Shown piece by piece: positions 1 to 7,699 of a stretch of DNA of 31,643 bases. A program made the position numbers and the translations under genes. The DNA comes from a virus (Duplodnaviria; Caudoviricetes): positions 1 through 31,643 of IMG/VR virus record IMGVR_UViG_3300032218_000671. One strand, given 5' to 3'. The notes under the pieces were generated by a model that worked only from the letters and a program-made list of their open reading frames with translations, searched no databases and had not been told where the DNA came from. The stretch's first letter is position 1. Each line of letters begins with the position of its first letter.

Positions 1-9
1 GTCTGTGTG

Positions 10-18
10 TTATCCACA
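10..18 (+). promoter_or_regulatory. DnaA-box-like 9-mer (TTATCCACA) in the terminal non-coding region
   Basis: Exact match to the consensus DnaA box, lying outside any gene. Function is inferred. Confidence 0.35.
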
Positions 19-61
19 GGAAAAATGAAAAATGATGCGCGCATTTGTTTATGCGTGTGGA

Positions 62-385
62 TTACTTATCGCGCTTGGATGAGTTGCAACTTCTGCACAT
101 GGACTGAAGATTATTCATTTGATTTGACCCCCCACGCACTAGGGGCGTGATGTGATCGACTGTTGCATCTGCTGCAATAAGTTTCTTATTGCATCGAAGG
201 CAAGTCCAGTTGTCTCTTCGCAATACTAGAACGCGAATCTTTTGCCACTCTGAATCGTAGCCACGCATCGATGATGATGGTCGCTCTCTTCTAGGTGCAT
301 TCGCCTTCTTGATTATCAGGCATGATTCACAGAAAGATTTGGCTGTTGGAATGCCACACATTAGGCAGGACAACTTGGGGGTCAT
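62..385 (-). CDS. HNH endonuclease (terminase-associated type)
   Basis: RRDNWTCLRC...TVDHITPL.RGGSN.MNNLQSMCRSCNSSK HNH motif, N-terminal CxxC pairs and RGYDSEW. It is the last gene before the genome end, with terS at the opposite end. Confidence 0.92.
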   Translation of the reverse strand: MTPKLSCLMCGIPTAKSFCESCLIIKKANAPRRERPSSSMRGYDSEWQKIRVLVLRRDNWTCLRCNKKLIAADATVDHITPLVRGGSNQMNNLQSMCRSCNSSKRDK

Positions 386-452
386 AAAGTTTGCAAGATT
401 GTTTTTATTGTTTGCTTATTCATTGCACTATTCCCTGAGATAGTGGGGGGCT

Positions 453-986
453 TTATTTATTCTGCTCGAAGTAAATGAATGGCGCGGAAGTGAACGCATC
501 ATTCTTCGCTGCAATCATCAACGCTTGTTCAACTGATGCACCTGCATTGAGTGCGCCTATTGCATAACCTGATCCACTGCCTACACCATAGAAGCCTGAG
601 TCATCGAGAGAGATTGAGAAGTCATCTGCTATCTCGAACACTTCACCACACAATGCGATGAGGAATGAGAACGCTGTCTCATCATCGTCTGCACTTACTT
701 TGTAATCGTTATCTTTGAAACATTGCTTCAATGATGGAACAACTGATGCAATCATAAAGTGATAAAGGTCGCGCTTATCTTTTGCATTTGGCTTGGGTGG
801 AATCCAAATGTGTTGAGCAATATCGCATGGAGCGCATTCACCAGAGCCAGCGATGATGTAATCATTGCGCTCTGTAATCTTGACCATGCGTGTTGCAGAA
901 TACTTGCGACCACTTGAAGCAGTCACCTGAGAGTCAGCTCCAAAGAGAACTCCATCATCTGATTGGACTGCAACGATTGTTGTCAT
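453..986 (-). CDS. Proteasome beta/HslV-like Ntn-hydrolase (threonine protease)
   Basis: N-terminal (M)TTIVAV...GADSQVT, a Lys about 33 residues in (VKI), IAGSG and GVGSGSGYAIGAL motifs typical of T1 peptidases. Confidence 0.85.
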   Translation of the reverse strand: MTTIVAVQSDDGVLFGADSQVTASSGRKYSATRMVKITERNDYIIAGSGECAPCDIAQHIWIPPKPNAKDKRDLYHFMIASVVPSLKQCFKDNDYKVSADDDETAFSFLIALCGEVFEIADDFSISLDDSGFYGVGSGSGYAIGALNAGASVEQALMIAAKNDAFTSAPFIYFEQNK

Positions 987-1135
987 TTCGATTCCCTTGC
1001 AATCTTTGCATCTAGTAATTCATCGACCAAAGCCCACAAGTGTTTCTTTTGTGAATCGCGAGTATTGTGAAGGACTTCAACGATATGGCTCAAAGCCTCG
1101 TTGATTTCTTCAACAGTCTCATCTTGCAGTTCCAT
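983..1135 (-). CDS. Small helical hypothetical protein, 50 aa (not in ORF track)
   Basis: Translated by hand: MELQDETVEEINEALSHIVEVLHNTRDSQKKHLWALVDELLDAKIARESK*. Its stop overlaps the next start (ATGA). Confidence 0.7.
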   Translation of the reverse strand: MELQDETVEEINEALSHIVEVLHNTRDSQKKHLWALVDELLDAKIARESK

Positions 1136-1168
1136 GCTTGAAGGATATGGTCACAGTGAGACAATGCC

Positions 1169-1228
1169 TGTGGATACGACACACCGACACGCGGAAGCGT
1201 AGCACAACACGCGGACATGATTTGTCAA
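1169..1228 (-). promoter_or_regulatory. Putative promoter region with extended -10 (TGCTACGCT) and CGACACGC-like repeats
   Basis: Intergenic. On + strand: CGACACAC 1177-1184, CGACACGC 1185-1192, CAACACGC 1205-1212. A TGnTAnnnT match is on the minus strand, and a near DnaA box TGTGGATAC lies at 1169-1177. Confidence 0.45.
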
Positions 1229-1229
1229 A

Positions 1230-1994
1230 TCAGCCATGTTGTGCTTGCGCCTCGATCATGGCATGGGCTTCATAGAGTTCGCCTCGCTTTGGAAGTTTGT
1301 GCTTCTGTGCCAATCGCCTGACATGGCGTTCTGATATTCCCATCCACTTTGCAAGAGCTTCTGCATCGAGCCACACTGCTCGCTTATCTGACATCGCAAC
1401 TGCAACCAGTCGCAAGGTTGTCCATTGACTCTGGCACTTGCGACATTCAAAGATTTCCAATGGATCGTCAGCATTTATCTTCAACAGATTCCCGCAACTG
1501 CCTTCGCCTGTTTCGGCTGGACATGGAATGCGCCGAGTCTTTTCCACGAACTTACGAGCTGCGCCCATTCCCTGAGAATGAATCTCCTTCAACTCTGAAG
1601 CAAAGTCTGCAATCCAATCCTGCTGACCCGACCACGCCAAATGGGTTTGCGAGAACTTGATGGCATCGTCTATCTCTTGAGCCAGCGACTCTGGCTTCTT
1701 GATGAAGGCTGGTGGAGTCAGGCTTCGCTCTTCTCGGATCAACTTTTCCCATTCGTGAAGAAAACCGAGAATGTCATGTCCTGCGATGAATGACAGCGCT
1801 GCCACATTCAAGCCAATGGTGCGCTCTGATGATCTGCCACCATTTCCTGACTTACCAGGCAGAAGTTCATCGTGAGCGCCTGTCCAGAATTCCATGAGGT
1901 CATCGAGTGACTGATGCAACTTGCCCTGACATCGAGGGCAGAGTCCAGCAGCTTGAACAGCCTTGTTGCAAAGGGTGCAAAGTGTGTCAGTCAT
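1230..1994 (-). CDS. Zn-ribbon plus C-terminal HTH DNA-binding protein (possible late regulator)
   Basis: CxxC...CxxC at the N-terminus, CPA..SCG..CRKC internally, and an HTH-like LDAEALAKWMGISERHVRRLA segment. Confidence 0.6.
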   Translation of the reverse strand: MTDTLCTLCNKAVQAAGLCPRCQGKLHQSLDDLMEFWTGAHDELLPGKSGNGGRSSERTIGLNVAALSFIAGHDILGFLHEWEKLIREERSLTPPAFIKKPESLAQEIDDAIKFSQTHLAWSGQQDWIADFASELKEIHSQGMGAARKFVEKTRRIPCPAETGEGSCGNLLKINADDPLEIFECRKCQSQWTTLRLVAVAMSDKRAVWLDAEALAKWMGISERHVRRLAQKHKLPKRGELYEAHAMIEAQAQHG

Positions 1995-2335
1995 CAGAAT
2001 GGGATTCCTTCGGTCTCGGATTGGGTGGCGGTTTCAAAGAGCGGGGATGGCTCGAAGTAGGTCGGAGTCTTGCAGCTGTGAACTGCCAAGACTTTGGTTC
2101 TAGGGTCAGCCTTGGCAATGTGAGCGCCAGTTCGCTTGACGAGAATCGGCTCCACAGTGCCGAGTGTCTGATAAATCCTGCGACCTTCAATTCTCATTTT
2201 CAGCTCTTCGGCGAAGTTGAGTGGGTTCGGCTCAAGTTTGGTCTCAAAGCCATCGATGAAGCATTCGAGAATCCAACCTTTGCACCTGGCGCATTCTTTT
2301 AGGGTTGGGAATGTAGAAATGAAAGATTCGGTCAT
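1994..2335 (-). CDS. Hypothetical protein, possibly Zn-binding
   Basis: CARC...HSC motif. Coupled to the downstream gene by a TGATG overlap. Confidence 0.65.
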   Translation of the reverse strand: MTESFISTFPTLKECARCKGWILECFIDGFETKLEPNPLNFAEELKMRIEGRRIYQTLGTVEPILVKRTGAHIAKADPRTKVLAVHSCKTPTYFEPSPLFETATQSETEGIPF

Positions 2336-2352
2336 TTACGCTCACCACCCTG

Positions 2353-2453
2353 ACCTCGTCCTCGTCCCCTCCTAGAGAGGGGACAGAGGGACGAAGTCGA
2401 TTCGAGGGGTGGCACTTCGTCTCGGGACGAGGTGGGACGAGGTGGGACGAGGT
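2353..2453. repeat. Iteron-like direct and inverted repeats, candidate replication origin
   Basis: GGGACGAGGT x3 in tandem (2424-2453), GGGACGAAGT 2388-2397, inverted copies at 2353-2368 and 2414-2423, and hairpin GTCCCCTC/GAGGGGAC (2364-2384). Lies directly after the primase-helicase stop. Confidence 0.7.
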
Positions 2454-4564
2454 CAAGCATTGTCTGCCTCTTGATACTCGAAAGTCGAAATGCCACTGGC
2501 AGAATCGTCAGCTTCTCGATATGGACGAAGCGATTTGAGATTCAAAGCGTTGCGAGAGCCGTTCTCGATGCCCACGAACTTCTCATCAATGAGGTTCTGA
2601 ATGGCGATTCTGACCCATTCTGCTTTGCCCTTGATTGCCTTTTCGACAGCATTCTTGGAAAGAGGCATCGTTGCCGATTCCAAAGTTCTGCTGACCTGCT
2701 CCATCAAGTGAGTGGGTCTTGTGCGGTCTCCAGAAGCCATTTGAGGGCTTTCAATGACCATTGTGACCATTCCTTCATGGGTGGATCTCAATTGGACTGT
2801 GCCAGCGAATTTCGCCTCTTTTGAGTTCTCTCTGACTGCACCTGGTCGGTCTTTTGTTACCTTCAGATTCAGCTCTCCATTCATGCCTCGACCAAATGGC
2901 AAAGTGACCTCGACAGCGATGGCGCAACCATTGATGTCTGCTCTCTTGGCTTGAGCGCCAATGGCATAGTTCCCGCGATTGTCCTTTGACTTCGGCACAT
3001 GATCGATGGTGATGACACACGCGCCAGAACCCGCTAGAGGCTTGAGAAGTTGCTGGCTGAAGAATGTCGCATCGCGATTGCTGGTGAGTTCGAGATTGAG
3101 CAGAGTCATTGCAGCGTTGACACCATCGACAATGATGAGTTCTGGCTGAATCTCTGCGAGCGCATCCACGAGGTCGATTCTTTCTTCAAGGGTGAGATTC
3201 TGGTCTGGGTTGGCATAGGTGAAATTGGCGAATCGGCTATCTTCAACGCCGAGTGAGCGAAGTCGAGCCAAGATGCCTTTTCCAGAATCTTCAAAATCGA
3301 GATAGATAACCTTCTGCGCAATTTCCAAGGCTTGCTTTACTGCCAACAATGCAACCCAAGTCTTGCCCGATTCTGATTCGCCAAGCAGAGCGTTGATTTT
3401 GCCACGATAGAAGAGTCGATGACCATCATTGCGAGAAAGGAATTCAGGCGCTGGAACTTCAATCTCACCTTCGAGGTCAAGTGGTTTTGGATACCAACTG
3501 GAGCGCTCGCGAGTCTGCTCGACATGATCTGCATCAACATCGGGAACAACTGTGAGATTTGGCTTGATTTTCAGCTCTTGCAGTTCGCCCAAAGAAGGTA
3601 AGGAAGAAGATTGTGATCCGAAGCCACGAGAGCGCAGGTCTTTCGCAGCAGCTGAGAAGTCATCGCCATGTTCGAGGTGTGCAAAGGCTGCGAATTTTGA
3701 ATATGGCTTCTCCTGCTCGAATGTGGTCGATGATGTGAACACATAGAGATTGTCTGCATCGTTTCGCCCAGTCGTTGCCGAGATTCCTGTGTCTTTGCCT
3801 GGTCTGCGCCAGTAAGTCACGCCCCCTGCTGTGAAGACCTTCTTCCAACCTTTGAGGATTTCTTGCCAATCGCCTTTGTTGTTGAAGTCATCTCCTGGCT
3901 TGTCTCCAGTGGAAGCAGGGTGAGCCGATAGCGAATTCACTATTGCTTCACGCTCTGGCATGGAATCAATTGATCTGAAGACTGAAATCATCGCCTCGCG
4001 CTCTTCCCATGAAAGCATTGGAATTGAGGATGGCGCGCCCACAAGCAACTGCCAAGGCTGACCCGATGGATGCACTGATCCATGAGAAGGCGCTGTGACT
4101 ACGAATCCACCTTCGCCACGAGTCTCTGCATAGACCAAGACTGAATCGTTCTCGCCTGGTCTGCGAGCAAGTTTGGTGTTGCCTGGAACTGGCTCATCTG
4201 CGATTCTCCAAAGGAAGTGAATTCCTCCTGATGGAGTGCGCTCGACATAGCCAGTGGAAATGATTGTCCACAGCTCTTCAAGTCCTGAGTTGATTGCGAT
4301 TTCTCTGATTTCATCGAGGCAACCTTCAGCCACTGCTCGACCTTCGAGTTCAACCATTTCGAGATTGCCACTCACGAATCCTGTGACAATTCCCAAGCCC
4401 GTTGCATTCCCAGAGAACCAGTTCACAAGTTGTTCATGATCTGCTGGCGCGAGCTGATATTTCTTCCAAGAGCCAATCGGCGCTTTTGATCCATCCATCG
4501 ATGCTGGCACAACTGAGACACCCGCTTCGGCAAATGCGAGCGCTGCTTGCAATACTGGATTCAT
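2453..4564 (-). CDS. Bifunctional primase/polymerase (Prim-Pol) fused to a RecA/AAA_25-type helicase
   Basis: N-terminal VSVVP...GLGIVTG...ERTPSGGIH...ETRGEGGFVVTAPS prim-pol motifs; Walker A GESESGKT; YLDFED; Walker B IIVDG; IDH. Start reassigned to MNPVLQ (ATGA overlap at 4561-4564). Confidence 0.9.
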   Translation of the reverse strand: MNPVLQAALAFAEAGVSVVPASMDGSKAPIGSWKKYQLAPADHEQLVNWFSGNATGLGIVTGFVSGNLEMVELEGRAVAEGCLDEIREIAINSGLEELWTIISTGYVERTPSGGIHFLWRIADEPVPGNTKLARRPGENDSVLVYAETRGEGGFVVTAPSHGSVHPSGQPWQLLVGAPSSIPMLSWEEREAMISVFRSIDSMPEREAIVNSLSAHPASTGDKPGDDFNNKGDWQEILKGWKKVFTAGGVTYWRRPGKDTGISATTGRNDADNLYVFTSSTTFEQEKPYSKFAAFAHLEHGDDFSAAAKDLRSRGFGSQSSSLPSLGELQELKIKPNLTVVPDVDADHVEQTRERSSWYPKPLDLEGEIEVPAPEFLSRNDGHRLFYRGKINALLGESESGKTWVALLAVKQALEIAQKVIYLDFEDSGKGILARLRSLGVEDSRFANFTYANPDQNLTLEERIDLVDALAEIQPELIIVDGVNAAMTLLNLELTSNRDATFFSQQLLKPLAGSGACVITIDHVPKSKDNRGNYAIGAQAKRADINGCAIAVEVTLPFGRGMNGELNLKVTKDRPGAVRENSKEAKFAGTVQLRSTHEGMVTMVIESPQMASGDRTRPTHLMEQVSRTLESATMPLSKNAVEKAIKGKAEWVRIAIQNLIDEKFVGIENGSRNALNLKSLRPYREADDSASGISTFEYQEADNA

Positions 4565-4776
4565 TCCATTCCCCCGACCCATAAACTTTCCTGATAAATA
4601 GTGTGGTACTTGCAAAGACTGACCATCTTGACTATCTGATAATCCCCAAAATAGATGCCATGTTCAGACTCCGCATTGCATTGCTCGAATTCGCCGAATC
4701 CGTTGTCCATATAGAACTGACACTCTTTGACAAATGGCGTTGTCCGTTTCCATCGCGGTGGATTGAAACTACTCAT
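4561..4776 (-). CDS. Small hypothetical protein with C...C...CxxH
   Basis: Fills the gap between coupled genes; Cys/His pattern. Confidence 0.6.
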   Translation of the reverse strand: MSSFNPPRWKRTTPFVKECQFYMDNGFGEFEQCNAESEHGIYFGDYQIVKMVSLCKYHTIYQESLWVGGME

Positions 4777-5008
4777 CCTCTTCTTCGATCACTGGAATCT
4801 TTGGCTCTGTCAAAAGCAAAATGTTTGCCAAGGCAATTCTCATCGCCTCATGAAATCCCTTGCGCCATTGCTCAGGCTGGAATGTCAGATGCTGTTCATT
4901 GAGCCATTTTGTCAGCTCTTCGCGAAGGAAGTTCAGTTGTGTCTTGTCGAGTCCAACATCGCAAGTGCAACCTGCGCTCTCATCGGATCCATCCATTGCG
5001 ATGCTCAT
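4769..5008 (-). CDS. Hypothetical protein
   Basis: Start placed at the ATG at 5008, which overlaps the upstream stop (ATGA). Confidence 0.55.
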   Translation of the reverse strand: MSIAMDGSDESAGCTCDVGLDKTQLNFLREELTKWLNEQHLTFQPEQWRKGFHEAMRIALANILLLTEPKIPVIEEEDE

Positions 5009-5109
5009 TTCCACCACCCCTTTGCCATGCCGAGTCCGTAAATACCGAGAACCAATCCAATCAGATTGATGCTGATGAGATAGCCAATGACTATTTCTGG
5101 AAAGTTCAT
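5005..5109 (-). CDS. Small membrane protein, 34 aa
   Basis: MNFPEIVIGYLISINLIGLVLGIYGLGMAKGWWK, a single hydrophobic helix with a purine-rich RBS (GAGGCGGGG) just upstream. Confidence 0.55.
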   Translation of the reverse strand: MNFPEIVIGYLISINLIGLVLGIYGLGMAKGWWK

Positions 5110-5135
5110 CCCCGCCTCTTTTCTTCTGTAAGTCT

Positions 5136-5203
5136 TGCGCCCATTGCTAGGAATCGAACCTAGTGACTTGTCTTCTCCTACAAGTTGCGAACCTGCCAAT
5201 GGA
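5136..5203 (-). ncRNA. tRNA-like element lacking a proper D-stem
   Basis: Minus strand: TCCATTG/CAATGGG 7-bp acceptor stem, T-arm CTAGG-TTCGATT-CCTAG, stem ACTTGT/ACAAGT with an 8-nt loop AGGAGAAG. No encoded CCA. Confidence 0.6.
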
Positions 5204-5265
5204 TTTGCGATTGCCCCGTTTGCTTGAACCCCGAAAGGTGTGAATTCAAGCAATCAATCGCAAAT
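5203..5265 (-). ncRNA. Long UUCG-capped hairpin abutting the tRNA-like element
   Basis: ATTTGCGATTG (5203-5213) pairs with CAATCGCAAAT (5255-5265); TTGCTTGAA (5220-5228) pairs with TTCAAGCAA (5245-5253); apical CCT-TTCG-GGG on the minus strand. Confidence 0.6.
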
Positions 5266-5276
5266 GTGTTGTTTGG

Positions 5277-5753
5277 TTAGAAAGGCTTTGCGCCCAACTT
5301 AGCCATCAACATTTGAATCTCTGGAGTCAATTCAACTCCATCGACTGTCTTGGTTTCAGCCACTGGCGCAGCCTGTGCTGGAGCAGAGATGCCTCCAGCA
5401 AGATAGGCAGTTGCCTTGGCTACTGAATCAGCGTTGCCCGTTTCATCGATGAGAATCCAAGGTGCTGACTTGCCTGGCTTGGCAACTCCTTGACCAATCT
5501 TGGCAAGAACTGATTTGCCGATATTGGACTTGAGAGCTGCGCGAAGTGCGACATTGAAGAACAACACTGATGTGTGTTCAGTTTGTGTATCAAGATCAAC
5601 AAGGTTGACCTCGATTGCTTCTGCCTCGCCTAATGAGGTTTGAATTCCTGTCTTGTATTCAACAGGCTTGATGATCAGCAGATGACCCTGAAGGTCTGCT
5701 GGCTTTACTGATTCACCACTTGATGATGATGGTGATGTGAATGGACTTGTCAT
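5277..5753 (-). CDS. Putative ssDNA-binding protein (actinophage type)
   Basis: Beta-rich core (DLQGHLLIIKP...KPGKSAPWIL), flexible Ala/Pro tail ending in PF, located in the replication block. RBS AAGGAGG precedes MTSPF. Confidence 0.55.
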   Translation of the reverse strand: MTSPFTSPSSSSGESVKPADLQGHLLIIKPVEYKTGIQTSLGEAEAIEVNLVDLDTQTEHTSVLFFNVALRAALKSNIGKSVLAKIGQGVAKPGKSAPWILIDETGNADSVAKATAYLAGGISAPAQAAPVAETKTVDGVELTPEIQMLMAKLGAKPF

Positions 5754-5875
5754 TGACAGTCCTCCTTCTTTGGTAGGGGTGTTGCATTGACTTCGGATGA
5801 AGCCAATTCTGATTTGACGAATCCCAAAAGAGATTCTGCCTGTACTAGAAGTTCGGAAATATATTGTTGATTCAT
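5750..5875 (-). CDS. Small hypothetical protein, 41 aa (not in ORF track)
   Basis: MNQQYISELLVQAESLLGFVKSELASSEVNATPLPKKEDCQ*, with ATGA overlaps at both ends. Confidence 0.55.
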   Translation of the reverse strand: MNQQYISELLVQAESLLGFVKSELASSEVNATPLPKKEDCQ

Positions 5876-5994
5876 TTGCGCTTGACAACTTTTTCGTAGC
5901 ATTCATCGCAATATGGTTCTTTCCCGATGATGTGCTGAATCGGCTTGTTGGCTTTGCATAAGTAGCATTCTGTCTCCCACTTGAAAGCCATCAT
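5872..5994 (-). CDS. Small Zn-finger protein, 40 aa
   Basis: CYLC...YCDECY. ATGA overlap with the upstream stop. Confidence 0.6.
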   Translation of the reverse strand: MMAFKWETECYLCKANKPIQHIIGKEPYCDECYEKVVKRK

Positions 5995-6176
5995 CGCCTC
6001 GAATCTGTTGTATAGAAGCCAGAGCCTTTGAACTGGGCTGAGACTGGGGAAAATACTCTCTCCATGCTGACAAGGCAATCTCCGCACATAGGCGCGGGCG
6101 ATTCGTCATCGATGGCTCTGCGCTGATCGAGCTTGACTGCGCATCTTGGACATTTGAATTCATAGACTGGACTCAT
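5991..6176 (-). CDS. FmdB-family zinc ribbon protein
   Basis: MSPVYEFKCPRC...CGDC...MERVFS....FKGSGFYTTD matches the FmdB family signature. Confidence 0.85.
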   Translation of the reverse strand: MSPVYEFKCPRCAVKLDQRRAIDDESPAPMCGDCLVSMERVFSPVSAQFKGSGFYTTDSRR

Positions 6177-6931
6177 GCTGCGTTGACCTCCCCTGGACAA
6201 CCTTTTGAGCCATCCTGTGAGTTAGGAAGGAACCAAGGACAATAAGAGCAGAACAGGCTCGGCGTTGTCGGAATCAAATTCCAATTCTGAGGCGTTCCTT
6301 CAGGATCTAACTGCCAGAGCAGAACCTGTGTGTCTTGCAATCTTTGAATGGCATCGAGTGCCAACTGGCGGTTGTAAGGCTCGACAATCGTATGAAGCCC
6401 ATCAAGTCTGCCTCCGAGTGGATAGAAGGCGAGCGCAACCTTATCCACAGAACCTTCGCCAAATTCTTTTTCAATTCCTAGCCCATAGAGATTGATCTGA
6501 ACTCTTTGCTGATGAGTCATCCCGCCTTTCTTGCGAGACTTCATCGAAGTTGCTCCGACACATTTGTGATCGATGACCATCTTGTTTGCAATATCGAAAA
6601 GGTCGGCAGTTCCTGAGAGTTCATCAGTGACCTTGACTGGATGTTCGACCAAATAAAGTTTGTTCTCTTCTCCGTCATAAACATCATCAAATGCCTCCGC
6701 AAGCCAAGCGTGAAGAGCAGTCCCTGAAATACTCGCCCAGGGATCTGTGGCTGGATTGGTCTTGACCCAATCGAGCAGCTTGTACGAGGTCTTTCTGACA
6801 CAGATTTCACCAACCTCACTCAAGCCAATGCGCTTCTGTTGTGAGCGAGGCGCATTGGCTGAGCGATTGTTGACAACATCTTTGATTCTGTCAGCCAGAT
6901 TCGAAGCATCATCCCCAAGTGGTGTGAACAT
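6173..6931 (-). CDS. Cas4/RecB-like PD-(D/E)xK exonuclease with a putative Fe-S staple
   Basis: S..G.C.RK, GTALH, GTADL...VIDHK, QINLYG and C-terminal CSYCPW...GC. Confidence 0.8.
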   Translation of the reverse strand: MFTPLGDDASNLADRIKDVVNNRSANAPRSQQKRIGLSEVGEICVRKTSYKLLDWVKTNPATDPWASISGTALHAWLAEAFDDVYDGEENKLYLVEHPVKVTDELSGTADLFDIANKMVIDHKCVGATSMKSRKKGGMTHQQRVQINLYGLGIEKEFGEGSVDKVALAFYPLGGRLDGLHTIVEPYNRQLALDAIQRLQDTQVLLWQLDPEGTPQNWNLIPTTPSLFCSYCPWFLPNSQDGSKGCPGEVNAA

Positions 6932-7245
6932 TAGTCCTCACTCACGATGGAGAATCGGCGAGAGACTGAGGTGACTTCGAGCTGTGCCACCATCTCTGGC
7001 GGTAGCAGTTCGCGAATCTTCTTGGTATCGATTCGATTGGCTTCCACTGTTGTCCAGCGAACAGCCTCTCGACCATTGACCAATCCGACTTCACAATCAC
7101 CCATCGCTGCTTCGACCTGTGATCGAGCGATGTCTGCCTTCTCTTCCCACTCCTTCACCTTGGCTTTCGCCTCGATGTAAGCAGTGAGGAATGCTGATGC
7201 TGTTGAATCAAGATCAACCATCTGAAGATTGATTTGTGTTGACAT
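6931..7245 (-). CDS. Hypothetical coiled-coil protein
   Basis: Start at MSTQINL with RBS AGGGG. TAATG overlap with the nuclease gene. Confidence 0.65.
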   Translation of the reverse strand: MSTQINLQMVDLDSTASAFLTAYIEAKAKVKEWEEKADIARSQVEAAMGDCEVGLVNGREAVRWTTVEANRIDTKKIRELLPPEMVAQLEVTSVSRRFSIVSED

Positions 7246-7261
7246 TTCCCCTGGTTCCTTT

Positions 7262-7699
7262 CTAGTAGTAAGAATTCTTCTGCCAGAAGGATTTGGCAGC
7301 GCAAGCGCCGTCAGCTCCATAGTGGCGAGAGATGTAGGCAATCGATGCGACTACCTGAGCAAGTGGATCGGCTGAATGCTTCAAGCCGATGTTCCTATAA
7401 GTTGAATCCAAAAGTTGACCAATGCCTTTTGCCCCCGAAGACTTGTTCTTTGCTTTTGAATTGAGATGGCTCTCCTTTGTGAAGATCCACAATAGGCAGT
7501 TGGCTTGGCGCTTGACCATCAGCTCGTGAACGAACTGCTCAACCTTCTGCTGGTCATTGAGAACAGGCTGTGCCTGGACAATGACAACTTTGACCTTGTG
7601 GGTTGCACTTGAGAATGCAAGTCCACTTGTGATGCTAACTGCAACCATCAGGCAAATCGTTGAAATGCTGATGATGGTCAATGAAACTGAACGACTCAT
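7262..7699 (-). CDS. Membrane-anchored lytic transglycosylase-like protein
   Basis: N-terminal hydrophobic helix, then KES...AKN.SSGAKGIGQ...YISRHYG...W lysozyme-like motifs with the catalytic Glu in KES. Confidence 0.8.
   Translation of the reverse strand: MSRSVSLTIISISTICLMVAVSITSGLAFSSATHKVKVVIVQAQPVLNDQQKVEQFVHELMVKRQANCLLWIFTKESHLNSKAKNKSSGAKGIGQLLDSTYRNIGLKHSADPLAQVVASIAYISRHYGADGACAAKSFWQKNSYY

Noticed and set aside
426-445. Short inverted repeat CACTAT/ATAGTG upstream of the HNH gene
   Set aside because: Only a 6-bp stem with no U-tract on the coding strand, too weak to call.
1223-1228. TTGACA as the -35 of a sigma70 promoter
   Set aside because: The spacing to the best -10 (TACGCT) is about 21 nt, which is too long. 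Only the extended -10 was retained.
2424-2453. Tandem repeats as a mini CRISPR array
   Set aside because: The units are 10 nt with no spacers.
5136-5203. Canonical tRNA or tmRNA gene
   Set aside because: No D-stem, an 8-nt purine loop without U33 and no CCA. There is also no G3-U70 Ala identity pair or tag reading frame for tmRNA. Kept only as tRNA-like.
5005-5253. 82-aa ORF running through the structured RNA
   Set aside because: Non-ATG start. Only the last 34 codons have a clear RBS and a protein-like sequence.
6441-6449. Perfect DnaA box TTATCCACA
   Set aside because: It lies inside the nuclease coding sequence (SVDK) and may be a chance match.
6173-6931. Cas4-like gene as evidence of a CRISPR system
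   Set aside because: No repeat-spacer array or other cas gene is present. Solo Cas4-like nucleases are common phage recombination genes.
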